A DNA stretch of 63,187 nucleotides, filler included, from Choristocarpus tenellus KU-1152 (taxonomy: Eukaryota; Protista; Phaeophyceae), in NCBI GenBank assembly GCA_964200185.2. It is 11 parts of 11 records of this genome, joined end to end, with 100 filler letters (N's around TTAATTAATTAA, not from the genome) between each part and the next. Parts side by side here need not be neighbours in the genome. Positions count along the whole stretch, not along the records: positions 1 to 2,970 come from CAXNAD020023272.1; positions 3,071 to 10,684 come from CAXNAD020005871.1; positions 10,785 to 17,249 come from CAXNAD020008083.1; 8 more parts are not named here. One strand, written 5' to 3'. How positions within the stretch are numbered: position 1 is the stretch's first letter; the number at the start of each line of letters is the position of its first letter. Shown here one piece after another: positions 1-11,550 of this stretch. Under the pieces are notes generated by a model that saw nothing but the letters and a program-made list of their open reading frames with translations, did not search any database and had not been told where the DNA came from. A program made the position numbers and the translations under genes.

Positions 1-42
1 CTCTTGTTTTGTCATGATAGGCGAGGGGTAGAAATTATATAT

Positions 43-301
43 GAGTCGAAGTACTTTACAGGGTAGAGCTGCGTCCGTTTGGGGGCCAAAATTTATTGTT
101 GCGTTTTTTTTTGTAATTTTGGCTCTCATGTTGTTAGGAAGTGTCGATATCCTTGTTTTGGACACACCTTTTCATAAGATACACATTTTACATACTCCGA
201 AATGTTATGGAGTAGGCAAAATGTCACAAAAAAAACGTGGGAAGTCAAGCCCGAAGTGGATAAACAGGGCAAAAATCTTACCCTCTGAGATACACTCACT
301 C
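43..301 (+). mobile_element. MITE family A copy (~260 bp, non-autonomous TIR element)
   Basis: Diverged match to the family-A consensus GAGYCAAAGTATCTTAGAGGGTA...TACCCTCTAAGATACTTTCACTC. Flanked by ATAT/ATAT (4-bp TSD). Confidence 0.85.
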
Positions 302-1522
302 ATATATGGCTCTTTAGTTGGTGGTAGTATGGAACGTGTTGAGCGTTTGCGTGTTCCAATGTTGTAGGCCTGTTGGAACATAATATATGAAACGGTTGTG
401 TTTCTCGACACACCTTTGAGTGGCCTTGGTGATGTAGAAGGGTCTCCACTTCACGAATGTGGACAGGCAGGTTATCGGTCCAGACGTTGCCTCCATCTCA
501 AACCTCTATTTGAAGTTTGCGTAAACATCATCATCGGTCCCAATCTGTATCCTGTGAACTTATACTGGGGAGAAATGTATGTATGTATGTCGTACAGATG
601 TTTCTTCTTGTATTTCGAGGAGAGAGTGTACACGATTGTCAGGGTGAAGGAATAGGTTGTAAGGCAGGAAGTAGAGTACTTTCGGTTGATGGTGGTTTGA
701 ATACAGTACCTCTGAGCGTGTTGCTGACACCGTGCATCTGGGTGGCACATCCTTTTATTGGTGTTAGGGTCCAGGGAGTGTATGCCCTCGGCGGAATCGT
801 GGGAAGTTATTGGGTTGTGGGGCATGGCCGTGCTGTTGCTCTCCCACACGGTTATCCCAAGGACGTGCGTTTGAGGGTGCTGCACATCGAACCGTCGCGA
901 GGAGCTGTCTCTTATCGCGTCGAATATCCTAGCCCTGTCCTTCTTCATCGTAATAAAATCGCGGTCGAAAAAAGGAGTTAATGTTGGAATAAGTGATGTA
1001 GGCTGTGTTTCATTTTTTGTCGAGGGTTTCGGATACAGTATTCAGCGTTCGAACCCTGGTCGAAGATATGTTTTTTATGTGGATGTCGGGATTCTGGGTC
1101 CGAACCCTGGCCGAAAAGTGCTTTTTATGTTGGGGTGGACACCCTTACTTGCCTAGTGGGGGATGGTGCAAGGACTGTAGGTCGTGGGTGTCATAAGTGG
1201 GAGACGACTCTACAATACCATTTATAGGCATAGCACTGAAACACTCCCTGTCGTGGATGAATTCTGTGTGTTTCATTGCCGAAGATCTGAGGGTGTCAAT
1301 CTTGATGTATTTCTTGGCCGTCTTGGACAGACTGGGTTGGTACGTGGACGTTACCCTGTCATCAAGCACTTTCACATCGGGAGCAATGCCCGTGAGGATC
1401 AAGTTGTGGACCTAGCGAATGTGCTCGTTGTTAAGATCTTTCTTCATCGATTCGAGGAAGGTCCTGACCTTTTTCAGATGTGATTGACGAGCACACAGTA
1501 GGTTCTCTACCCTCAAAACATG

Positions 1523-1884
1523 TTTCAGGTAGAAGGGTAAACGTGCTCGATTTTTCTCATGTCAATCGACGGGGGAAAAGGATGTGTATTGGGTTTGTGT
1601 TTGACGATTAAAAAAAAGTCTAGTCTGCTGATTAAGTTGGAGGCTCGTGGGGATTATTGTGCTGTTGATGGAACTGCCTTTGCCATTGATCATGCACAGT
1701 GTTGGGGTCAGGTCTCCAAATAGAAAGGTTGGGTGTATCAAACATTTTTCAGGTGTAAAGGTAGACGTGCTCGATTTTTCTCCCCTTGAATGACAGAGGA
1801 AAATGATGTGTATTGGGTTTTTGTTCGACGATTAGAAAAAGTCTAGCCTGCCAATTAAGTTGGAGGCTCGTGGGGATTGTTGTG
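1523..1884. repeat. Diverged ~138-bp direct repeat pair (1523-1661 and 1747-1884)
   Basis: Both copies share acgtgctcgatttttctc...gatgtgtattgggttt...attaagttggaggctcgtggggatt. Confidence 0.8.
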
Positions 1885-2916
1885 TGGTTGGTACAGAAAG
1901 GTTAGGTATACTTGAGTTAGGACTAGGGATATCTGTTGTGAGGGGATAGAGTTAGGGTTTTGTTGAAAGGAAAAAAGGCGTTCTGAAATGCTGGATGTCG
2001 ATGGGTTAGGGTTGTGACCATACCAACTGCGCACCTGTGTCACATGAATGGGGGTTTCTTTCTGGGTGTCCCACCTTTAGGTTCGTTGCTGTTGATTGAT
2101 CTCATCCATTGTGTTTTGGAAGGGAATGGGATATGTACAAGTGGTTGCGCAGGGGTCATCTAACCCTAACGCTAACGTTTTCCCATTTATATATGGCTTT
2201 AATGATGAGGACGACAAACATTGAACATTATGCAGGGATACGGCGTGTCGACGATTTCTATTTTGAAGATATTGGTTCAATATCGTACAGTACAGAATAA
2301 TAATTCTTCTCTTATATCGTGTATATGTATCATTGAATAATGATTGCCGTATTTTCCAGGGTGCCTCCATTACACGGGCGTATGCAAAGTGGTTATGGGG
2401 GGTGAGCCGTACCTTTTGGGTGTTGCGGGATGGGTACTCGGCAGGTCGAACCCCTCTGTTGGTAAGGTCTCGTAATGGCTGTGGGGTGGCCATCCCATGT
2501 GTGAGATGTGATGGTTCTAGTCCTCCCCACGAATAGCGCTGAAGATTGGCTTGGATGTTTTGCCTTGCGTCCTTGCTCGTTGTGTGTGAGTGAATGAGCA
2601 AATGGCTTGAGGTGGGGCGAGTTTAATGGACGGTTTCCTCTTTGTATGATTGTCATTGGGTTTTTTTCGTATATATGAAAACAATTCTGCACGTGGGGGT
2701 AGATTTGATGCGAGAGGAGTGATGGGAGCAAGCTAGTTTCGGGCAGAGAATAAGATCTGAATCATTCCACATTGACGTTCTATTCTTCTGTTCTGGATCG
2801 AAAATTTGAAGAAAAATATCACATACACAGCGAGAATTAGAAACATGGAATGAGAGCCAACATTCTTGTCAGTCTTAAGCAGGGAGGGGGGCTGTCCAGA
2901 GTAATTGTGGAGAGGT

Positions 2917-2970
2917 GAGTCAAAGTATCTTAGAGGGTAGAGCCGCGTCCATTTGGGGGCCAAAATCCAA
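2917..2970 (+). mobile_element. MITE family A left end, truncated by contig end
   Basis: GAGTCAAAGTATCTTAGAGGGTAGAGCCGCGTCCATTTGGGGG runs into the linker. Confidence 0.9.
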
Positions 2971-3070
2971 NNNNNNNNNNNNNNNNNNNNNNNNNNNNNN
3001 NNNNNNNNNNNNNNTTAATTAATTAANNNNNNNNNNNNNNNNNNNNNNNNNNNNNNNNNNNNNNNNNNNN
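2971..3070. other. Artificial contig linker (N44-TTAATTAATTAA-N44); first of 10
   Basis: Identical 100-bp spacer with stops in all six frames at 2971-3070, 10685-10784, 17250-17349, 23731-23830, 30104-30203, 36407-36506, 39140-39239, 42269-42368, 47255-47354 and 55408-55507. Confidence 0.98.
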
Positions 3071-3192
3071 GTGTAACAAACGCTTGCACTTCGTTGAAAT
3101 ACAAGAAGAAAAGCTCGCGCTATTCGCGTGTAACAAACGCTTGCACTTCGTTGAAATACAAGAAGAAAAGCTCGCGCTATTCGCCTGTAACA
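3071..3192 (-). mobile_element. 5' end of an LTR-like repeat with an internal 57-bp tandem duplication
   Basis: The reverse complement begins TGTTACAGGCGAATAGCGCGAGC, matching the start of the insertion at 58659. The unit gtgtaacaaacgcttgcac...gctattcgc occurs twice. Confidence 0.65.
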
Positions 3193-3360
3193 GTAGTACA
3201 ATATTGATAATAGTGAAGTAGCTGTGAGATTAGTGGTGGTTTTCACATTTACAGTGTTTTCACATTTATTTCTTTTGGACTTATAATGACATATGTATAG
3301 TTTTCATTAGTTTTCCCCCTCACACATCTGCAAAATGTCAGAGGGAATAATAATATAATA
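3193..3360 (+). mobile_element. Isolated 3' UTR/tail of the CRE-like non-LTR retrotransposon
   Basis: Matches the reverse complement of ~46981-47168. Ends in the hairpin cccctcaca-catctgcaaaa-tgtcagaggg plus an AT-rich tail. Confidence 0.7.
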
Positions 3361-4072
3361 GTCTAGTACATCGAATTTTCCTTCACCAACTTATCAAGTT
3401 ATACTGAAAAAGATTTTTTCGCCTCCAAATCCAAAACCACTAATAACAAGATTGAGAATTATGGTGGCTAACGTGCCCCGTAGCAAAGGGCAAAAAAGAG
3501 ATCAGGAAGGCCACCACGGCTGTTGATGTTGGTAGAAATTTTGTTCATCAGGTGGAACAATCTCATATTTTTATTGTGCAGTAGGTGTGTTAGAATGGTA
3601 GGTGGTAGTTTATTTTCACACATGCTATTCCATCCGATGTTGAAGAATAGGCAACTTGTTAGAATCAGGTAGTAGAGGTAAGAAGTTCATATGAACAAGG
3701 TCAGATTGGTTATCATGTGCAAGTAGATCGCTACATTGCGATCCTTTCCTAGAGATTTGTTTTTTGCCAATAGTTCAGAGCGACAAAGTTGTAGAGATAA
3801 AATTTGCGCTGGTATGGATGTTCAGGTATTTAAGGCATAGCTCGCCGCTTGCAAGGTCACAAAGGCCTTAAAGGCGTAGTCCTGGGTCAGACATTGAGGA
3901 GATATGTTGTGGTCAGAGGGAACACAGAGGAGCTCCCACCCATCAAGTATGGGATTGTAAGGGTGATCAAGACTTACTACAGAATCGCCGAGAGTTCGGG
4001 TCCAATGTTTTTGTGAGAGTCTAGGGCTTAGTGTAAGAAAATATGGAGTACATAGAGACTACTTCAACTTGA

Positions 4073-4330
4073 GAGTCAAAGTACCTTAGAAGGCAGGACC
4101 GCGTCCATTTCGGGGCCAAAATCCAATGTTGCGATTTTGATTTAATTTTGACTATTGTGTGTGTTAGGAAGTGTCAATATCCATGTTCCAGACAGCTTTT
4201 CATAACGCATACATTTTACCCTCTACAAAACATATTGGAGTAGGAAAATGTCATAAAAAAACCCGATGGGAAGCCAAACCCCAAATGGACAAACAGGACA
4301 AAACTCGTACCCTCTAAGATACTTTCACTC
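4073..4330 (+). mobile_element. MITE family A copy
   Basis: TIRs GAGTCAAAGTACCTTAGA / TCTAAGATACTTTCACTC; TSD TGA/TGA. Confidence 0.9.
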
Positions 4331-4991
4331 TGAGTTTCCCCTGAGAAGCAGCTCAATGAGATTGCAGTGGCAACACCCACATGGTATCCGGTACGTCATG
4401 CAAGTGCTGCTGACACACACCATATATATGGTGCTCTTATTGGCATAGTTGTTCAAGCATGGGCAGGAGACAGACGAGTTACACTGCAAAAGGGGGCAAA
4501 AACCAGGATGTGGACAGGTCCTGACTTTGATCATTTCTCACTTACTCCCACTTCAGAAACCATACAGTAAAAGAAACAATACAGCATACAACCTGCCTAC
4601 TTCCCAAAACCTTTAATGTATCATCCACAAAAATTATCTAATTGAATCTGTATATGACACTTGAAAGGACAAGACACATGAAAAACATACGGAAAGGACT
4701 ACTGATTTTGGGGAATGGAGAGCGGGGTGGGGGTGGGGAGGAATCTCATCGATGTACTAAAAGTGGGGAAAGTAAGAAGTGAAAAATTTAGGAGAAAGGA
4801 TTCTTTGACACAAGGGAGATCAATAATACTCAAGATACTTCAAAGTAAACGCCTCTTCGGCCCACTTCCAGGTTGTAAACAGTTGTTAAGCAGGGTGAGT
4901 TAGCTACTCCCCCAATAACGCAAAGCTAGACAAAGTATACCATGTGCAACTAAGCACAGATCGAGACTCATCAATCACTTCACGAGACAGC

Positions 4992-5741
<750 letters not shown>

Positions 5742-6531
5742 ATGCCGACCTATTCTGAGGTAAGGAGGTTTCTAATTTGATTCTACCATTAGTTGCAAGC
5801 TTGTTGTTCTTTGTAATCTGATTTGTACTGGAATGCTGCTTGGAAACATTGTCCAAACTCCTATCGATGCAGATGGTTGTGGAGGCTATCCTAGCACTCA
5901 AGGAGCGAACCGGCTCCAGCGTGCAGGCGATCAAGACGCACATGACCACAACGAATAAGGACCTAACTTTTGCGCAACACCAGCTTCGCAGTGCCCTCAG
6001 GAAGGGTGTCGAGGCTGGCAAGCTGGTAAAGGTCAGTAACTTCTAAAGTGTTCCTATGCATAACAAAATCTAGGACATGCTATTCATCCCTCCCGTTTAA
6101 ATATTAAAGTGTCGCAGCTTCATTGTTTGTCGCCCTACGAACACGCACAGATCAAGGCCTCGTACAAGCTGTCCCCGGAAGCAAAGGTCGCCGCCATGAA
6201 GCCGCTAAAGGCCGTCCCTAAGAAGGTAGCCGCCAAACCTGCCGCTAAGATTCCTGCTCCCAACAAGGCTCTTCCAAAGAAGCCCACTACCAAGCCTTCT
6301 ACCAAGAAGAGTGTCGTCAAAACTGTAGCGACCAAAGCAACCCCTACGAAGAAGGCAGTTGTGAAGGAGACCGTGACAAAAAAGGTCACGGTTGCTAAGA
6401 AGACCACCCCGAAGAAGAAAGCTGCCACTACCAAAAAGGTTCTTACCAAGAAGAAATCTGCTCCCAAGAAAAAAACTGCTCCTGCTCCTAAGAAGAAAAC
6501 TGCTCCCAAGAAGGCAGCCACAAAGAAATAA
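5742..6531 (+). CDS. H1: Linker histone H1, 3 exons (5742-5759, 5873-6031, 6151-6531), ~185 aa
   Basis: Two phase-0 GT-AG introns give MPTYSE|MVVEAILALKERTGSSVQAIK...ALRKGVEAGKLVK|IKASYKL. This is an H15 winged-helix globular domain followed by a K/A/P/T-rich tail ending in TAA. Confidence 0.95.
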
Positions 6532-6604
6532 ATAAACTCAAGGTGCTCCATCCGCCTATCTTCATCTGACTCAGATGTGGTTGAACCCAACACTCGGACG
6601 AACT

Positions 6605-6620
6605 GGTGTTTTATAACACC
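6605..6620 (+). promoter_or_regulatory. Histone mRNA 3' stem-loop-like element
   Basis: GGTGTT-TTAT-AACACC: perfect 6-bp stem starting GG, 4-nt U-rich loop, 73 nt after the H1 stop. This is the geometry of the replication-dependent histone 3' stem-loop. Confidence 0.75.
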
Positions 6621-7770
6621 TCCCTGAATCGGGAAGACAACGCTTCAGGTTTTAACTTCCACAGAAAAATGCAAATTAAAAACTTCCTACTCTATATTTC
6701 CTTTTTGGAGAGAGTAGGCTAACTAATGGGTATCTGAAGTGCAGTTTATCATGAGTCACATTGTGAGGGGCAAGAAAGAGTCATACAAGTTCCACTACCC
6801 CTACCCTAGAACCCAATGAGCAAGATCTACTGAGCCCAACAATACATCGCACAATATCACAACAGTTTGAGCCCTCAGAGTAGGGAGTACCTTACAACTT
6901 TCTAGTCATGATATTTTGTAGAAGTTCACCAGAGTCTTCAATAAGGCGAGAAGGGTATGCACAAAGATAGAAAAGCGTATGTCCTTCACAAATAAATACA
7001 ACATTGGTCACTGCAGCTTATGGTTTGTGTATTACTCTTTTGTAAGACGTTCAGAGATTAATGCAATGCACAAAGTTTTGAAACAATGCCTTGTTTCTTT
7101 CTCCTGCTTGGTAGTGAGAGGGTGAAAGGATGGGGGAATATTGATACCAATACACACTTTAGAGATTAAAATTTGTCTCAAATATTGTACCTTTGATTCT
7201 GAGCAACTGATCATAGGTGAGGTGACGTACTTTGTATCCCATGCAGGACACCGTTAAAACAGAAACTCTCATTGGCATAAGGTTATGTTCAATAGTTCAG
7301 TTTGTGGGGATTGTACTTGGGTGGTTTTACTTGTGTTTAATTGCAGATGAACAGTATTAACAGCGGATTGACTTGTTTTTTCGTGGGACTTGCATCAGGC
7401 TTATTGTGCTCATTTTGAATATATTAGTTCTCAAGTCGTGAGGGGCAGAAAGGGGTTTGGGACTACTTGCTTGACAGGAAAAGGTTGTCACAAGCTCTAC
7501 GATGTAATTATCAACAGGAGGAACACCTCTTATGGTGGAGGTAAAGAACTATGAGCGGAGTATATAACTCGCAGAGTTCGATTAACCTCCCAATGGACCA
7601 TTAGAAGCAAGGGGTGGTGATGTAGAAATTATTTTTGTGGGTACCTTACAATTCAGATATACTTGAAACAACCGATATGGATCTCAGTTAGATCACAACC
7701 ATTGAAGAACTCATTAACTAATGCATACTAATAATACGATACATTTCACTCTACAACTAACTCAGCGATT

Positions 7771-8029
7771 GACCCAAAGCATTCAAGAGGGCAGGAGTTT
7801 TGCCTTGTTTGTACATTACTTGGGGCTTTGCTTCCCACGGGTTTTTATGCCATTTACGGTTTTCTGCGAGAACATAGTTACCTAAAATGAGTGCGACTAT
7901 GAAAGGTGTGTCCAGAGCAAGGATATTGACACTTGCTACCAAACACAATACCCAAAATTCATCAATATTGCAACACCGGATTTATGACCCCAAATGGAAG
8001 CTGGCCTACCCTCTTGAATGCATTGGGTC
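7771..8029 (-). mobile_element. MITE family A variant subfamily
   Basis: Interior homologous to family A. TIRs GACCCAAAGCATTCAAGAGGG / CCCTCTTGAATGCATTGGGTC; TSD ATT/ATT. Confidence 0.85.
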
Positions 8030-8107
8030 ATTTTGGAGCATGCTTTTATAATTCAAATCTCGAGCTCATGTTGAACTGTGAAAATGTACGAATAAGCCAG
8101 GACTATT

Positions 8108-8366
8108 GGGCCAAAGTATCTTAGAGGGTAGAGCCACGTCCACTTGGGGGTCAAAATCCAATGTTGCAATTTTGATGTAATTTTGGCGATTGAGCTCGTT
8201 AGGAGATGTCAATATCCTTGTTCCGGACAAACCTTTTCATAACTTGCACATTTTACCTACTCTGAAATATTTTGGAGAAGGTAAAATGTCATTAAAAACC
8301 TATGGGAAGACAAGCCCCAAATGGACAAACTGGGAAAAACTCGTACCCTCTAAGATACTTTCACTC
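8108..8366 (+). mobile_element. MITE family A copy
   Basis: GGGCCAAAGTATCTTAGAGGG...CCCTCTAAGATACTTTCACTC; TSD TATT/TATT. Confidence 0.9.
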
Positions 8367-8983
8367 TATTTGTCTATTGCAAACGAATATATGATGTGCA
8401 ACTCCTAAACTCATCCATACTGTAAGTCCAATCAACAACATATTCCTCTTGAACTCGAGTAGTGCATTTATTATGCATAGGCTAGGACAATTTTTTTTCT
8501 GTTCAAATTCGTGTATACAGATACGAACATATAAATGTACCGGTAACCCCAACTGTTCCAGTTCCAGTCCAAATTATTGACTAATCTTAAGCATGATTAA
8601 TGATCTGCAGTCGTAGTATACATAGGGGTAATACCAAGTAGTATAACCAAATATCTTGATTCGTGGGAGTCAACTCAGATACAGTTCAACACATACATGC
8701 ACCATTTCCGCTCATTCAAACGTATAGAAAACTCTTTAGGATACCTCAGAACAGAGCGTAAGTAAGCAATCCAAGTTTAGCTGCAAATAAAAATATGTAA
8801 GGGATAGGTCACATTTGGGATCTCTGACACATTGATGTGGATATCATGTTCAGTCGTATCCATTGCATGCCCAACCTTCTGCCATCGGGGTTGCTCAAGC
8901 AATCAGTCAATAGCCTAGACATACTCACATGATCCGAATCTGGATGAACAGCAAGAACGGCAGTCAGATTGAACACCCACAGT

Positions 8984-9244
8984 GAGCCAAAGTATCTTAG
9001 AGGGTAGAGCCGCGTCCATTTGGGGGTCAAAATACAATATTGCAATTTCGATGTAATTTTGGCTATCGTGTTAGTTAGGAAATGTCAATATCCTTGTTTC
9101 GGACACACCTTTTCATAACGTATGCATTTTACCTACTCCGAAATTATTTTGGTTTGGGAAAATGTCATTAAAAAAACCCGAGGGAAGCCAAGCCCCAAAT
9201 GGACAAACAGGGCAAAACTCGTACCCTCTAAGATACTTTCACTC
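8984..9244 (+). mobile_element. MITE family A copy inserted in the left TIR of an older related element (~8974-9771)
   Basis: TSD AGT/AGT. Removing the copy restores cacccacAGTatcctagtggg, which is inverted to ccctctaggatacttttggcc at ~9749-9769. Confidence 0.85.
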
Positions 9245-9360
9245 AGTATCCTAGTGGGAGGGTCAGGTGTCCATTTGGGGTCTTTGTGAATTTGTAGTGA
9301 TTTCCATGCCATTCGAGTGGACGAGTCAGATGTAGGGGCGATTTCCTTTATCTGGATATT

Positions 9361-9613
9361 GATCCAAAGCATTTCAGCGGGTAGGACTGCGTCCGTTCGG
9401 GGTCATAAATCCAATGTTTCGATTTTGATGCAATATTGGCTATCGTGTTTGTTATCAAATGCCAATACCCTTGCTCTGGACACACCTTTCATAGTTGTGT
9501 ACATTTTACCTACTCTGAAATAAACCGAAAAAAGGGAATAAAAAGATCGTGGGAAGCCAAGCCCCGAACGGACAAACAGGGGTAATCTCCTACGCTCTGA
9601 AATGCTTTGGATC
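9361..9613 (+). mobile_element. MITE family A variant nested in the older element
   Basis: TIRs GATCCAAAGCATTTCAG / CTGAAATGCTTTGGATC with a family-A interior. No clear TSD. Confidence 0.8.
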
Positions 9614-10619
9614 TGCACCTTCCTTTCCCATCCCCCTGCCTGGACCAAATCCAAAGAAAGATCACATGCTAAACGGGCATCAAAAATTGGTGTGGTTTTC
9701 AATACCCTAACAAGCCCCGAATGAACGATGTGGTCTACCCCTCCTCTACCCTCTAGGATACTTTTGGCCTCTTCTTGCTTCTTGCGCGTTGGGTTGAGCC
9801 ATCCTATCAGTTGTTGCTCCACTTCCTGCCTTATATCTTGTTGCGCCTAACCTTCCTCAGTGTTGGTCGGCAATGAGGCCTTGCCACCATTGTGCTATGG
9901 GGACAGGTAGTTCAGTACAAGTTATGCAACCCATACTGGTTGCCACATAGACTTAGAATGGTCGAAACCATATTTCCAGGATGAGAAATCTCACATCAGT
10001 GGCATGAAATCAATGCAACGAATCCTGTCCGTTGATCACTGAGCCATGAGGGTGTTCATAAATTCCAAACCCTACACGATAACCACTTTCACTGCTCGGT
10101 CAGTTTCCGACTGTGAAGGTTTGTCCAACCGTGTACAACATTACATGTAACAGTTAGGTATGTTGATATGATCACATGGCATTGTCTTTACTGCGGTAAG
10201 AAGAGAGGTTACAGAGGGAATTCTGATGATACGGTTCGGTTTTCCAAAAATATTTATCATTTAAGTGATATCATCATTGCAGTACAGTATCAGTTGTAGT
10301 ATTCATTTGACCCCACAATGCGTTCCAGGCTATACGCTAGGAGTTCTGTTATTAACAATACGGTTGCAGTAGCTGCTTCGACTCGGTGATGCAATTGCAT
10401 TTTGTATTTTAAAGCACAATCTCAGTTGTGCCTATTTTCACCACAGTCAACAATAATGACACCATGAACCTTCAAGGGATATGCACGGTAATGACGGGGG
10501 CTCTGAATCGATCTTGAGCGCAGGGAAGACATTGCAACCTTCGCCAATAAATGAAAAATATGGTTAGTAAGATTTTTGGGAGTGCTGAATCACAAAAATG
10601 TCAGGGTTCCACAGATAAT

Positions 10620-10684
10620 GAGTGAAACTATCTTAGAGGGTACGAATTTTTCCCTGTTTGTCCATTTGTGGGGCTTGGCTTCCC
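10620..10684 (-). mobile_element. MITE family A end, truncated by contig end
   Basis: GAGTGAAACTATCTTAGAGGGTACGA...GGGGCTTGGCTTCCC runs into the linker. Confidence 0.85.
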
Positions 10685-11550
10685 NNNNNNNNNNNNNNNN
10701 NNNNNNNNNNNNNNNNNNNNNNNNNNNNTTAATTAATTAANNNNNNNNNNNNNNNNNNNNNNNNNNNNNNNNNNNNNNNNNNNNGAGGAAAGACATGGGT
10801 ATGAAGGAGGTGAAGGAAGGGATGTTCTGTTGGTGAATAGTTTCAACATAGAGAGCCTCCCAGCAACTCCTCCGAGTGCATATCTTGTGATTTGAGTTAA
10901 TAATGTGCAGGTTTTGTTATAATTGGCAGACATGAATGTAGCCCACATCTTCAACTACGCAACGCCTTTTGTAACACTTTGCTATCGGTGGCAGGTGCCA
11001 TTTAGTGTGTTTTGGAGGTGAGTTTTTAGAGAATCACATTTGTGTTGTGTTTGTTTTGAGGTAGAGTGCTACGGGCTTAAACATAGTGCTATAACACAGT
11101 GTTGAGTGTTATGTTGTGTATTGTCCAAGGTGTTATATATGTATCCTATGTATGTATTTTTTGAGAGTATTGGCTGCCCTTTGAATCTCCTGGTTAGCTT
11201 TGAAATAGTGGTTCCAAATTTGTGTCTGCTTGAAGGGGGGGGGGGGAGGTAAAGAGAACCAGAGGTCAATCCAGTGCCTGGTTTTCATAAACACAATTTT
11301 TTTATTAACGCTACGTTGAAAATCTATTTTTTTATTATTATTATTTCCTTTGCAGTGATTTTCTCTTTTTGAATAAATTCCTGCAAAAATAATTTTTGGT
11401 ATTCCACAGACACCAGTGGTGATTTTTTGGAAATTAATTCAATCATTTGAAATGAAGTAATAATTAAAGTATAAACAATATTATTAATAAAGTAAGAAAG
11501 TGTCTATTGAATCGTGTTTGAATCATCGTCACTATTATTGTATTTGGTAG

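Noticed and set aside
41-367. Family of short similar ORFs (e.g. 41-367, 8190-8408, 12379-12639, 45853-46059, 58857-59048) as a small-protein family
   Set aside because: All are chance translations of MITE family A. Frames and stops are not conserved between copies.
3015-3026. Recurrent TTAATTAATTAA palindrome as a biological motif
   Set aside because: Always centred in a fixed N44...N44 spacer. It is a six-frame-stop contig linker, and ORFs ending in X...N are artefacts.
4943-4958. Histone stem-loop for H3
   Set aside because: 5-bp stem with a 6-nt loop and no GG start, which does not fit the canonical geometry seen after H1.
6135-6593. 152-aa hydrophobic membrane-protein-like ORF on the minus strand
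   Set aside because: Antisense shadow of the Lys/Ala-rich H1 tail.
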